Positions 1-13,874 of a stretch of DNA of 64,000 bases are shown piece after piece (position 1 is the stretch's first letter; each line of letters starts with the position of its first letter). Made by a program: the position numbers and the translations under genes. Location of the stretch: positions 1 to 64,000 of the forward strand of contig JAUCBJ010002028.1 in the NCBI GenBank assembly GCA_032718475.1, written 5' to 3'. The DNA comes from Nemertoderma westbladi (Eukaryota > Animalia > Xenacoelomorpha). The notes under the pieces were generated by a model, which searched no databases, had not been told where the DNA came from, and saw nothing but the letters and a program-made list of their open reading frames with translations.

Positions 1-209
1 ATTAAGGAGATAACACAATGTCAGAGTGAGAACAAAAAAATTAGATATGGTATCAATATATTACCATGAAGATTACTAGAAGTGATGAATTTTATTAAAA
101 ACATTCACTTATATATATAAATTTGTGATGTGGCATAGTCAACGAAGAAGAGATGGTACGTGTCATAATCATCGACGAATAAGAAAAGAGATGGAGTGCA
201 ACGTGGATG

Positions 210-890
210 AATGGTTGGTTGCCTGAATAGGAAATACGTGAAAGAATATGAATCATAGGGTTGTGTGTGTAATAATCAATAATTATTATAATAAAAACGT
301 GCAGTATATAATGTTAGTGGTGGTAGCCTTTCAATATGACACAGATGCTGCGGGATTGGTTAGGTTGAGTAACTACTATGCAAATGTTGTTTGTATACGT
401 GTAGCTGGAAACGTGGCGGAATTTCAACACGTATCCTACTGCAGGACTGGTTGGATTGGTGACAGCCGTGGTGGAGTTGGCAATCAATATAATATCTGAT
501 GTAGTTGGTGGCCACGTTGTCAGCATATACAGTATACAGTGGTTGGTTGGTTGGTTGCGTGAATAGGAAATAACTATGGAAATGTTCGTATACGTGTAGC
601 CGCAAACGTGGTGGATTGGTAGGTTGCTTGGTTGAATGGATTGGTGACAGCCGTCGAAGAGTTGGCGATCGATTCGATATAATAGGGTAGTGTGGGGCTA
701 GCCACACGATGAGAGGTTTGGGTACGCGAAGATGAATATGCTATGGTTGGTTGATGCAACGACGCGAACCAATACTGACGGGAGGTAACAGCTGTAGGAG
801 TAAGGAGGGCATCGCGAGGTTAGGCTACGCGTAGGTGATATGCAGCGATTGGCTGAAGGCAACGACGCGAATCAATATTGATGGTGACAG
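210..890. repeat. Degenerate local direct repeats / low-complexity (GGTT)n region
   Basis: Recurring blocks: tatacgtgtagc(t/c)g(g/c)aaacgtgg (~394, ~590), ggattggtgacagccgt (~453, ~638), caacgacgcgaa(c/t)caata(c/t)tga (~757, ~860). No credible ORF. Confidence 0.45.
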
Positions 891-2155
891 ATGGTCATTA
901 AACACCTCGATTTAGCACCGGAATTTGGCATTTTTTAATTGCCTCCGAGATGTGGCCCGTAGCCCAGGCTAGGGAGGAGATAGCCGAGAACTATGCTTCT
1001 CCTACTACTTTCGTGGAGACAAGTGTTCTATTAATTTTATGAAACCTACGTTTATGAACACATTTATTTGGCCAGATAAAAAAGATATTGACACTCTTGT
1101 CATGAATACACTATTATGCAAGACAGTTGCACCAACTCTTGCCAGTGGAAGATTGATTTTTAAGTTTGAGCCATTAGAATATCAGCGGTTGATAAACTTG
1201 TTGCTTTCCATCTGATATTTGAAATACTATTCAATTAACTATGAATTCTAAATGCAATGCATTTCTACATTGTTTATAATTAGGTTTTGAAGTGTGAACT
1301 TTAACAAATATATAAGGCATTGTTTTTGCCATGGTAAACAATTATTAGTTTGGTATATACATTTTAGTTAAGATGGTTCAATTTGTTGTTGTGTATGAAA
1401 TTTTGTGGCAAATATTTGATGAAAATGTTATCTTGTAGATACGATTTGTAAAGTGAATTGAAAAAAATATTTGAACAATATTATTTGCATTAATAAATAG
1501 TTTTTGCAATTTTGGAATAAAAACTATGCATTAGATGTCCTTAGTTCAATTCATGGGGGGGGGGGGGGGAATCCTGTCTATCCATGTACACTTTCTGACA
1601 TTGATTATATTCATGCCACTGATGTTTAACTGGATTGAGTGGGTAAAAGTATAGCTTTTGAAGCACAATAATGATAAGTAAGTTGAAAACATTCTTTGGC
1701 CAAGACAACGATATAATGTAATTAAGAACAAAGATAAAATGTAATGTCCTTAACATAGAAATGTAATTTCCGTAACGCAGAAATGTAACGTGCGTAACAC
1801 TGAATTGTAACGTCCGTAACACATATCTGACATTTGGGAGACCTTGAAAGTCTAATTCACAGAGATATTCTGTCAATGAAGGTGTTGTTACATGGAATTG
1901 GTAATATTGTGAATAATTATAAGAATTTAAGTGTATAAATTTGGTTCGGCACTTTTTGGTGGGAATTATTAAAATATGTAAAATAACTATGTCCAAATTG
2001 AGTAACGTCCGTAACAAGATATATATTTGGGAAACCAGGTAGAGCAGCAGCGACACAGGATAACCGATCGGACATTGTCAGTAGACTGTATATATCTTAC
2101 AGCACTAGGTCAGGGTACTACTGGTACTCAACTACAGAGGTACAGACAGACAGTA

Positions 2156-3300
2156 TGTTCGCGCTTTTAGACCTTTAGCAGTTTAACCTGCCAATTTTAG
2201 GTGTCTTCTAGGTTATAAATCGACTTTAGCCTATAACAAGTATTTGATACACATAAAGTTACATTAGCCGAAGCCAGCCTATGCGCGACCATTCACCCAC
2301 GGTTAAGGGAGACTGGATTCGGATGCTCTGACCTTATTGCGGTGTAGACTTACTGTATTATTCGATCGCTCGTTACTATAATATCTCTGACAAATATTAT
2401 TTACTTTCGGGAAATACTAACAGTTCCTTTAGGACGTGGCGCTCTAAGTATATAAACAGAGCTATGACTTACACTAAACACAACGGGATGGCTAATGATT
2501 TTCGTATAAAGCGCATTCTTTAGGAAATGCTTTGTTATCTGTCACACTCATGCACACTACTGCACACTGATCTGCCGACCTTCACTAATTTTAATCATAT
2601 ATAAGGAGAACAGCAACTGACACATGTAGGGTCTATGAAATAGCATTCAATTCACTCCAAAACCACTATAATTTAAGTCGCAATTGCTATATGTAACCGG
2701 TCTCTCTAACCTTCAGTATATCAAGAAGATTGGGGTTTTATGATTATTTATCGATATTCTCCAAATATAACAACATATCCATCAACTGATAACAATTATA
2801 ACCGACAGTAAAAGCAGTAAAATAATGCGGTGAAAGGTATGTATAGTATGATATGATTCGTATGGTATGACAGGATAACAGTTATACATTTCTATGATCA
2901 AAGCCGTTCTAATGTTTGGCTAAAGTCTGAAACACAGAATAATTCCAAAGGTAAACAAAGACCATAATGCATTGCGCGATCTTCCGTAGGCTTCTGTACA
3001 AGATAAAATGAAAATCACTCTGATTGGTCGAGTGAGCCGAACAAAGAAAGCCAAAAAGCTCCACATCGACATATCAGCTGATAGATGTCGTCATCTGAAC
3101 TACACTGTATTAAGAGTATTTTGGCGCATTGCGGCATAAAATGGCTTGTTATGTCCGCTAAAGTACACATACAGAAGAAATGGCTTTTTATGTCCACTAA
3201 AACACCGGTACAGTAAGGAAACGGCTTTTTATGTCCGTTAAAACACCTACAGAGTACTTTGCGGGGAAAATAACTAGCTAGATCCGCAATCGCCTTTACA
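2156..3300 (-). repeat. 3' LTR of BEL/Pao element (copy 1)
   Basis: Starts tgttcgcgc and ends cctttaca on +. Homologous to 13875-15036 and 52540-53657. Contains three 40-bp ttatgtcc(g/a) repeats (3149-3240) and a CCAAT box on the minus strand (~3021). Confidence 0.85.
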
Positions 3301-3571
3301 CCGCTCCCAGAAAATGGGATTTAATTCTATAAAATATAAAAAATCACAGTTTCTAAAATATAAAAATACTCTAAACAGTTAGTTTTTCTTGCGCGGACGG
3401 TGTTTACGCAGTTTTTTGAGGCTAGCAAGAGTCCTTTTCTCTTTGGGGCGAGCCACTTTACTAGGAGGGCTATAACCCTTGGGTGAAGGGTGCAATACAA
3501 TTGCATCGGAAGGTTTAGAATTACGGTCGGTGTATCCGCCGGTCGAGGTACCTGGTTGATCGATATCAACC

Positions 3572-4925
3572 TCAGTGGAACGAGGTCGAACAACCTTGAG
3601 AGCGCATTTTAAGACAGCAGCTCTTACTGGTCCCTGACGTTTGCACGAAAGCGGTAGGTGGACCGTGTGTAGTGAGAAATTTCCTCGGTTTGATGATTCT
3701 TTCCAACTCGCGTTCTCGGGCTCTATAGGAATCGATATGCTTCTCCTCGAGCTGATTTTCCTCCGCTTGTCGTTGGAAGCATTCGTCTAAAACTATTTTA
3801 GAGAGTAGGGTCACCCAAGTTCGATATCTGCTTAGAGATTCTGGATTTCCTGATCGAACTGAGATAAAGCTAATTCGTTTACCGCTTGGACTTGCTGCGG
3901 CAATTTACATTTCTCTAAACAATTGTAGGTTCCTTTTCTGATCTTTTGACGAATAGTGCCCAATGCGTTTCGTACAACTCTCTCCTCCACCTCGGTGACA
4001 GGTTGTATCGGGTTAAACAGGGACGATGATATGGTTGAATGACGATATTAGATGTCCGCGTCCCAATCCGACTAGGTAAGATGGGCGAATATCTAGGGAG
4101 CTCATAACCGGAGTGCCACCGATTAACTGTTCGGGTAACACTAGATCTTTGAACAGTGAGTACAGTTCGGGAGGATCCATGATACTATTAGGATCAAGAG
4201 TCTGAGATCTAACTAGGGAATGAGGAGGTCTGACCGAGTATTCCGGAACTCTGATCATAGGTTTATTTAAGGATCGTTTGAATCGAGCGAGCGTAGGTGA
4301 TACATCGAACAAGTTTTGCTCGAAACTCCCGTAAATATAGCGAGTAAAACCGTGTTTAAAGCAACGTCTCCGCGGATGTTTATGTCTTTCCGTTTGTTGG
4401 TTGGGTCTTGGGCATTCATCGCAATAATACCAAAGACACACATCTTGTAGGTGAAACGCGGGTGATATTTATTCGGTTTTACAACGTTTCGCTCAAGAAT
4501 TCCAAATATACGTTGGAGTCGCTGCGTTTATCCGGCTCTTCAACGTCTTCCCTTTCGAGTCTGTTTCGAATAGAATTCTCGTGTTCTATTCTAGGTTTAT
4601 CGTTCCGACTCCGCTGGGTATGATATTTTAATAAAACCATTTCCCTTTCGGTGTCTACATCGTCCGTATCGTGTAAATCGATAGGATGGCCAGTAGTTAA
4701 GAAGTCCATATACGTACCATTACGATGCGTATAGCGAGCGGTGAATTTTCTATAGTCCAATTCACGCGTAAATTGCTCCTGGGACATTGGTGGTTCGATA
4801 TAACGACCATCGTCCTCCGTAGTAGTTGGACCAGCGTCGCCGCGTATCAAGCTATCAACAAACGCTTGTAAAGGTAGAGTATATCGCTCCCTGATACCAA
4901 GATCATCTTCTATCAACTCAGTCAT
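3572..4925 (-). pseudogene. Internally deleted remnant of the unknown 3' ORF of the BEL element
   Basis: ORF pieces 4479-4925, 4013-4441 and 3572-3814 align with 56869-57222, 55588-56691 and 53779-54582 of copy 2 (e.g. LDYRKFT.RYTH.NGTYMDFLTTGHP, LPEQLI.GTPV, RARERELER). Confidence 0.7.
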
Positions 4926-6121
4926 ATCTGCTATATGAGTTTATCAATATTATAATGAGTTTATATTTAGGCTAGCGGGCGTCGCTGCCTACCCCTCTCT
5001 GCCCCCGGACAGTGCAAGATCCTCAGCGCTGGTGTACTTTCGCCGATGTGCCTATCGCCAACGTAGTAGCTGCACAACGACCACAACAACCAGCGCGAGT
5101 CACTCCACCGTCCGTCCCAAAGGCTTAGATTTACTTCAGGTTCTTACTGGAGAGTTAGGGCTACTTTCACAATTGCGACTCGCTACTGTAAACACACTTT
5201 AGTAGTAACATTCACCTATAAACGCACAAATTCCACACAACTGTCACAAATTGTACACATTCGGCCATTTGTCCGTTAGTCAGTGCCTTCCAGAATGCCA
5301 CATTATTATTATGTATCCTTGGATACTAGCAGTGTGCTATTTACTCCCTATGCTATTCAATGGGGCAAGCTTTCTATTGTTCTTTTAACTCACTTCTAAT
5401 TCTAGCGTGGTTGTTGCCATGGTGACATTATGGAAAGCTAGCGGTAGAATTAGGGTAATTCTCATGCATACAGATCTGGGATGCTATTTAATTGTAATTC
5501 TTTAATTGTCAATATCCCCTTTATACATGATTTTATGAAATTTATCGGCTATTGACTATATATTGGAGATTCTCGCACACTAATATACTTAATAGGGTGA
5601 ATCTCCGCTCCCATGATCTATTAATTAATGTAATTTTGGGAATGTTATAAATTGTATAAAAACAACAATTTATCAAATTCATTAAAATATGAATTTAAAT
5701 TTATTCCCGTAAATTTTATTATTTAATATTAAAATAGACACAATTTTATTCCAGAACATATCTGGGGACTGGGATCCTTGATTCTAGGAAATTTGTCCTT
5801 TTAAGAGTATCGGTAAGTGCTACAATATCTTAATTGACTAGAATTTTAAAGGATCTAAATTTTGACAGATTTTAATTTATAGATTTTCTAGAGTTAACTT
5901 GTAAGTAGTTACTCTATTGTATCTATTTGACAGATTTTATAAATATTAATAATTAATATTTAAGATGGGCACCGGTTTATTCCAGAACATGTCTGGGGAC
6001 GTTAACCACTGATTCTAGAATTTTGTCTTTTAAGTATATCGGTGGGTGCCGCAATATCTTAATCGACTAGAATTACAGATGGTCAAAGGGTTTAACAGAT
6101 TTATTTTGCGTTTTACGCTAC

Positions 6122-6630
6122 TGTTAAAGGGACATCACGCTACTATATGTATTATTTAATATACGGTATGAGAGTAATATCGCAAGAAGCAATGTCAGTG
6201 AGAAGAGGCAAGTCGTTTCCAAGGTCTACCCAGAGCTTGGTTTAGCCGAGACACGAGGATCTGAACTTTGCATTCCTAATACTCTACTTACCAATAATAC
6301 TTAAATATAGTAGGAGCTTTATTGTACTTTAATAAGTACGGATATTTCATCTTGCTGTAGTCACGTATTTATAATATGATACGGACAGTAAGGAAAGAGA
6401 AAAAGAATTATTTCTCGCCGTCGCACTAAATATATAATATATAAGTAATTAATAATAAGACTAATATATATTGCACTAATCTACTAAATAATCTCTAAAA
6501 TAACATTCTACTAAATAAAATTAAAGAAAACGATTATAATAAAATTACATAATAATACATACATAAATATAAAATATTAAAAACAAATATAAAATAATAT
6601 AGTCACACACCCACTCCAGACGCTGTTACA
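6122..6630. mobile_element. Possible solo LTR / unrelated AT-rich insertion at the end of pol
   Basis: TGTTA...TTACA ends and AATAAA on the minus strand (~6318); it terminates the pol ORF and has no homologue in copy 2. No TSD seen. Confidence 0.25.
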
Positions 6631-9600
6631 TTGGGGAGTCCCTAGATGTTTGTTGGATTAGGGAGGTGGTCGTGGGAAGAGTATCTTGCCTTCCATAGGT
6701 TCCGGACAGTTCTCGGCCTCTTTCCAGTAAACATAAACGACCAACTGGGCGATTGAGTTGTTGTGTTTCGAATACAATTCCAGGTTTCCTCTTCGTCCTG
6801 GAATAGTGACGATAGAAACATCGCTTCAAATACACGACAGCCTTACAAAGCCGATTCCAGGATCTATAGTGGTCCATCGCTCCCGGCAGGAGAGGTGAGA
6901 GTCCCGGCGAGGCATCTGGTGTTCCAGATCTCCAGTTTCTCTCTCTGATCTCCACAACAGATCGGTTCGCGGTGGGGGAGTTTAGATCCACAGCGTCATC
7001 CCTGGCAATGTGTAGTACAGACAGATCTATCACGGGTTTAAATAACCTTGATTTACTCATCCGGGTTTTAGGTTTGACTTTCTCCGCTCCCTTGGCTTGT
7101 CTAATCTCAGCCGTGGTAAGATGGGGAGGCCATTCATCTTCTTTACTTAGGAAGTCGGGTCCACCTAACCAGTCTGGAGTATCTGTCAGTTCTTGAGGAG
7201 TTGCTCCTCTGGAAGCGATGCCGGCTAGATTAATCGTCTTGGGGCAATATCTCCATTGATCTACATTGGAGTTAATATCGTCATTATCTGAGGAGTATGG
7301 TGTTCCCTCAGTTGGGTCATCTACCTCACTACTCTCCGCTTCCCATTCACTTACTTGGTATACCTGTTCTTTTGGTAACCTTTCTATGAGAGTTCTACGG
7401 GAAGGGCCAGTAAAGTACCAACCTACTCTAGTTCTTCGCGCATAGGCTTGTAGTGGTTGCGGTTGAGCAGGCCGTTTCTCCAATGTCTCAAGCGCCTCAT
7501 GCGCATTTTGGCCGATGAGTATTTGCACTCCAGGGTAGTCTGTGTTGAATCTAGGTATCTTAAGCTGCTGGGTGAAATCGTCCTCATCCCAGTTATAAGG
7601 TTCTACTTGGCTGGTAGCGAAGTTCTTTATCGCCACCATTTTTACTGACCTTATACTGTGTTCTCCTAGTTCATCCTGGGGGGTGGACAACGCACCTACA
7701 TAATAATCCGTTATTACTGTAGATTTCCAAACCTGCATAATTCCTGACATGTTTAACTTAGTTCGGAACTTGGGTTGTCCAGCAAAGATGTCTTCGGATA
7801 GTTCTTTGTCGATGAATGTTCCTGTGCTACCGGAGTCAAGGAGGGCGTTCACTATATAACTCCTTTTAGGTCCGTGGACCCTCAACTGTACTACTGGAAA
7901 TTCTCGGATTCCTACATTGGAAGTTGGTGCTTTCCAAGATGGTTGTCGGTCAGAAGTAGTTAGGGGGAGCTCGCTGTCGGTGTCCTTTTCATACGTAAGT
8001 GCTCGATACACTGCGGTATTTATCAGGTAACAGGATTCGTTTTCATCGAAGAATTCGTCCGTATAGAATCCTTCCATCTCAGAACTTTGGTCAGTGTCGT
8101 TCACATCACTGAATTGGACATGCAGTTCGGAATCACTTACCTGACTCAGGCTGTTTCGTTCGAATTCAGTATGCAACAAGAGATGATGTTTTGCGCCGCA
8201 CTTCGCACACCTTGCGTCTGAGTAACAGGTTCGCCGTTTGTGTCCTTGTCTGAGGCAATTATAACACAACCGCTTATCCCACATGACTTCCCGTCTATCC
8301 TTTAATGATTTCTTTAGGAATTCATCACACACATTCAAGCGGTGGGTCCCGTCACATAGCGCACATTTCGGTTTGATATTACTTACCTTATTTTGAGTAA
8401 CGTTGTGCACACTCGTTCTTTCTTCGGGCTTTCTTACCTGAATTCTCTTAGGAGACGTAGGAGGAGTTTTTCTTACCTGTTCTCTCCTGTCATTGGTTCG
8501 AGACTTGAATTTACTTACGTCTTTAGGCGTTTTATTGACATAATAAGATCTTTCAGTGTCTTTCCCGCTGTCTTCTTCTTGAGAAGCCTGGCTTTCGCCG
8601 TCGTCGGTATAACACACTGGTTTTACCTTTCTCCTAGAAACGGGTTTCTCACTTACCTTGTTTTCCGGTGTCTTCTCTGCTGGACTGCTTTAGGAGCTGT
8701 AATTTCACTTCTCCATCTAAGAATGACATGAGATCAGCCATGGTAGGGTCTTGTCATTGTTGTTCCATCATATATAACACTTTCTTATCCCAGCGTGTAC
8801 CTACTCCATCCTTAGGTAAAGTAGAGGCCACGGCTCCAATAACCATAGAACTCTGATATTCATGAGACTTACCTAGCCAATCTAATTGTCTACAGATCTC
8901 CTGAATCTCATCGGAAAACTCTATAATCCCGCTGATAATGAACTTTCGGGGTGCTACCAATTTTGCATACAAATACCTAGCTATGTTATTCCTATTACCA
9001 TACCTGGTGTTTAGTGTATCCCAAACTTGTCTTAATCCATCTGGATGTCCAATAAACTTTAACGCCATTAACTTGGGAGATCCTTCCAAGCACTCGATGA
9101 GGAATCTAAGTTTCTCTCCATTAGATAGCACAGAGTTCTGTATGTTATCTTTGTAATATTCATTAAAAGGTAACCATTTCATCTCATCTCCATTGAACTT
9201 GACTATCTCTCCCACCTTTACTGCTTGACGGGCTTCGGTTCTAGCCATTTGAAAACTTTCTTGGGCCATTGTGTTATTTAATATCGAGTTATCGGTATAT
9301 AAATTTCTCGGATTATGATCAGGTCTATAGGGAATATCATTGTCAACCGGTTTATAATTACCCTTAATAGGGTTTACTATAGGAGTTTCCACTTTACTAG
9401 CTGTATAGATGCGTGTAGGCTCCACACCTTGCGCATGAAATACTTCAGGCCTAACAGGTTGACACATTGTTACAGGGGGTGGTGGTATACCCTTTTGTGT
9501 ATTTGCTAATTTATCGCGTTCTAACGCGATACTTTGCTGCACTTCTTGCAACTCTAACCTACTTTCCCTTACTGTTCCCTTAAACTGATGAACGGTCTCC

Positions 9601-11603
9601 TGCATCTGCCCGAGCAGGAGATTCATCCCTCGCCGCCCCTCATCCACCCACTCGACCGCCGAAGCGGGAGCCGCCAACGTAGTAGCGGGCAGACGAGAGA
9701 CGACGGGCGATAAATTCTTGATGTCTTGCTCGGCGTCCAGGACGGGTTCGGACTCGGGAACAGTCCTACTGGGCATAGGTAGTTTAGTACTGTGCAAAGG
9801 GAATTTAGCGGTAGGTTCTGGGAGTACAGGTGTCTCTATCACCGAAGGGGTGGCTTCGAGAACAGGCCTAATTATTTCAGGCTCATCTACTATAGTAGGG
9901 AGTCTTTCTATTTTAATTATTTGGTCTGTGGGTTCTATACTACCTAAGTCTGTGTTAGTTAGTTGCCTTCTAACAGCTGGGGGCAAATCAGGCAATTTCT
10001 GACGGTGGGACATTCTTCTACGTCTACTTAGACGAGATCTATTTCCTCCGTCTTCAGGATCAGTGGTATCGCCTTCATCAGATGAGGTGTATCCCTTTCT
10101 TTTGGGAGTAGATCAACTCATCATCTGCATTTGACTAGCGGTTAACTGTTTATTTATGCAGTCTTGATTCTCTTGAATATTTTCCAACTCTAGTTGGGTG
10201 GTCTCTTCAGATGCTCTTCGTTCTGCTTCTGCCACTGCTCGCTTTCTTTCCGCTTCTGCCGCTTTTCTTTCCGCTTCTGCCACTGCCGCTTTTGCCTCTG
10301 CCGCTGCCTCTGCCGCTTTTCTTTCCGCTGCCTCTGCCGCTTTTCTTTCCGCTGCCTCTGCCGCTTTTCTTTCCACTTCTGCCACTTTTCTTTCTGCTTC
10401 TGCCGCTGCCACTGCCGCTGCTGCTGTCTTTCTGTCTTCTATACGTTTTTTCTTGATTTGTTCTTCTTGGACCCTAGCGATGCGGAGCTTTTCATCAAAT
10501 TTAGCTTGGTTCGCAGCTATCATATCCGCATCGATTGCGTCCAACACAAGCTTGGCTCCTTCACTATTAGGGCTAAGTCCAGACAACCGTCTCCTCAACT
10601 CTTCGTCACCTACAAATCGTTGATAGTACAACAGATAGATGTCAATAGCATCCCTCTTATGCGGTTTTTCTGCTGTCACTTCACTTTCCACTTGGGAAAA
10701 GGTAGCGTCTGTTGATTCTCCATGGGTTGAGCGCTCAGCCAACTGAGATTTCCACGGGGCAGTTCTTTGAACTTTGAGACTCACCCACTGAAACCAAGTC
10801 TTTACGGCAACTTTCAACGACGTGTCTTGTCTTCTTTTCGAAGCCTCCTCAAAGGCCGATAAGATTAGTCTGATTCTTAGAATTCTTTCTCTAACTTGAT
10901 AAAGCAGCTCTCCCTGCTCTTGAGGTCCTTGTGGTTGTCGAAACAGTTGTTCCTCTAATCGCTCCATAGAGCTGAAGAATCCCTGTACGTATCCTGCTGC
11001 TGACCTCTTCCACACAGCTGGATCGCTGGTTTCTTTTGTCACTCCCATCCTGTGTATGTCTTCCCAGGCAGCTTCCGATAAGTCAAACGGGAGTCCGGGT
11101 CCGGGGAAGTTCCATTGCGACTCGAAAATAGACTTCAGTTCCTCCCTTGTGTATCCCGCATAACTATCCTTGGTCGATCGCTTACTTCTCACCCAATCAA
11201 TTTGGTGTTCCTCCACCGCAATCAATACCCTAGTGAGTATGGCTGCAGGAAGGATGAGAAGGGGATCTGAATAAACCGCATCTGCCATCTCAGCTCCGCG
11301 CTCGGGTGTCAGCTCTACAGTATCCGCACTACTGGAGCTGTCGGGTCGCTGAGAAATAAGTTCTCGGCTCGAGTGTTGCTGCTGTTCGGCTGCTTCTTGG
11401 TCCCGCTTGACCTGAGCTCGAGTGCCTATGATAGACCTACGGTGTTGGACTAGCCTAGGGTCTGACACAGCTACTGTAGGGGTTGCCTTTCTTACAGTAG
11501 GAGGGGTCTCAGACCTCGGTCTGGGATTCTCTATACTCCTATCTGAGAAACAGACTGTTGTTTCTAGGAGACTATCTGACAGAGTTTGCCTTGTGTCAGC
11601 CAT
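6626..11603 (-). pseudogene. BEL/Pao gag-protease-(deleted pol) polyprotein, disrupted
   Basis: ORFs 10113-11603 and 8754-10013 are in frame across a TGA; a second TGA and a frameshift lead to 6626-8617. Motifs: DUF1759-like FNGDEMKWLPF...EKLRFLIECLEG; Zn knuckles CALCDGTHRLNVC, CYNCLRQGHKRRTC, CAKCGAKHHLLLH; protease ALLDSGS; post-RNase H WRYCP..N.AGIASRG...WLGGPDFL; C-terminal RPVGRLCLLE. Confidence 0.9.
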
Positions 11604-11739
11604 GTTTGATTGTACAGTTGAATGCCTACTGCTATATTACGGTTAAAGCAAGTCTAGTAATTCAGTATCACTGTTAGCCTAGTAATTAATTACCGATATC
11701 GTTACTCAGTGTAATGTGATATATATACACAATATATTA

Positions 11740-12000
11740 GAATACCGGTATACACTTATAGTATATATATAAGTATTATTACAGACTAGGTTTGTCACAG
11801 AATGCCGGTATATAAATTCAGCACAAATATATATAAATATATAATAGGCCTATCGTGAATACCGGTATACAGCTTACACTTATAGTATATATATAAGTAT
11901 AATTACAAACTAGAATTAATTACAGAATACCGGTATATAATTTCAGCGCAAATATATAGAAATAAATATAATAAGCCTATTGTAAATACCGGTATGTCAA
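11740..12000. repeat. Tandem ~60/125-bp repeats in BEL 5' leader
   Basis: aat(a/g)ccggtat recurs at ~11741, 11801, 11858, 11926, 11985, with cacttatagtatatatataag twice. Confidence 0.7.
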
Positions 12001-12951
12001 TTATTTTAGAATAATTGAATTTCTGAATTTTTAGGGGTTACTTGGTTACTTTACTTTACCTTATTACCGTTATTTAAGCAGTAGTCCAACTGCTATTAAG
12101 ACCTAATTGATATATGACAGGCCTACTATTTTATAAATCGGTTTGAGTTGATTTATAATATATGTGTACCCGTTTAATGGGTTTTGTCAATATTTGAAAT
12201 AAATGTTATTATTTCTGGGAAGGAGTCACTACACAGAAGCTGTGCGCTCTCAGTGAAGTGCTACTTGTTGGACACTAAAACAAATAATTCTAATTTGCCT
12301 AAGTTACTTAATACTACAAATTACGTACAATTCGGGGTGAGATTACAATCTCTAAATAAACACAAAAATTACACGTACGAATTTTTAGGGTAATTTTACA
12401 AGAAGTCTACAAACCAGCCTAACAAAGGGTTAGAATATCTGGTTATTACAAACAGACAGGATACTACGGTATTTGAAAATAACAAAGCAGTAGTAAATAT
12501 ACTGCATTGTCCAGATAGGAAAAATACCACCGTCTGATGACTTATAGCCGTATCGCTATAAGTACTACGTTATGTATCACGGAGTGTTCCTACCTAGAAG
12601 TTAATTACTGCGGTCTACCAGAACCAACGTGCCTATTAACCACTTTACAACACAAATATACTGCCTACACACTAATTACCTTCGGTAAGCACTGTACACT
12701 AAACCCTAAATTAGGTACAAGTACTTATACAACAAATAATCAGCAGTTAGGAATACTTGTACAGCTAAAAGAACCACGGTATCTGCTGGAGTGACCGGGG
12801 CACAAAATCACCAGTCTTTACCTACGCCAAGCAGCCCTGATGTAGTACCGGGGTTAATTTAACTATAACAGTATGTACAACAAGCACAATTACTGTATGA
12901 ATAAACTTGGGGTTGTGAATGTTGCGAATAATCGCATTAACTCTGAATAAT

Positions 12952-13526
12952 AAATATTACGCTACGCGTACAGACTACTCAAACAAAATACAGACCAAAC
13001 GCTGGCAGACTACTATCAAGCCCAAACAAACTACAGTATATGCAAACTCCGAAATGGTTAGTTAGTATGCGTTCTAACCGAGTAGTACGACTTATTCTTT
13101 CAGGGGGATTGACCTAACAACACTGGAAGCCCCTACGTTCCTAACTAGTACTTTATCGGACATACACTCTACACACACCGCAATCTCTTCAGACCTAACA
13201 ACAGCCAGACAACAATCCAGCCTACAAATTATCTAAATAAGAAATATTACGCTACACGTACAGACTACACAAACAAAAAATACAGACCAAACGCTGGCAG
13301 ACTACTATCAAGCCTAAACAAACTACAGTATATGCAGACTCCGAAATGGTTAGTTAGTATGCGTTCTAACCGAGTAGTACGACTTATTCTTTCGAGGGGA
13401 TTTACCTCACAGCACTGGAAGCCCCTACGTTCCTAACTAGTACTTTATCGGACATACACTCTACACACACTACAATCTCTTCAGACTTAACAATAGTCAG
13501 ACAACAGTCCAGCCTACAAATTATCT
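12952..13526. repeat. 290-bp tandem duplication in BEL 5' leader
   Basis: aaatattacgctac...cagcctacaaattatct occurs at 12952-13234 and 13242-13526. Confidence 0.9.
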
Positions 13527-13874
13527 GTACAATCTGAGCAGGCTTACACGTCTTCTGCTCAATATTAGCCTACAAATAAATAAAACTGACAGAAATAAGT
13601 AAACCATACAAAGGAATAAGGGGTGATCAATCCCTAATCCCCTAACAGCCTACAATATACAATATATCACAATCGAAATAATACTGCTGTACCTGTACTG
13701 CTGTAAGTACCGGTCCGGGTGGTTAGGAAGTCAGGCCAACTAGGTACCGGTCGACCGGTACTTCAGCTTTATTGCCTACTGCAATACAGAAGCAATAACT
13801 GTTATTGTTCTTACCAGAACAATATTAAACTGTATTTATTGCCTACACTGCAATCAGACGATCATAACTGTTAT

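Noticed and set aside
1541-2056. 171-aa ORF
   Set aside because: AT-rich, GTG start, no motif; overlaps repeated gtaacgtccgtaaca motifs suggestive of a decayed DNA element.
10194-10715. Plus-strand low-complexity ORFs
   Set aside because: Antisense shadows of the AEAAERK coiled-coil repeats in BEL gag.
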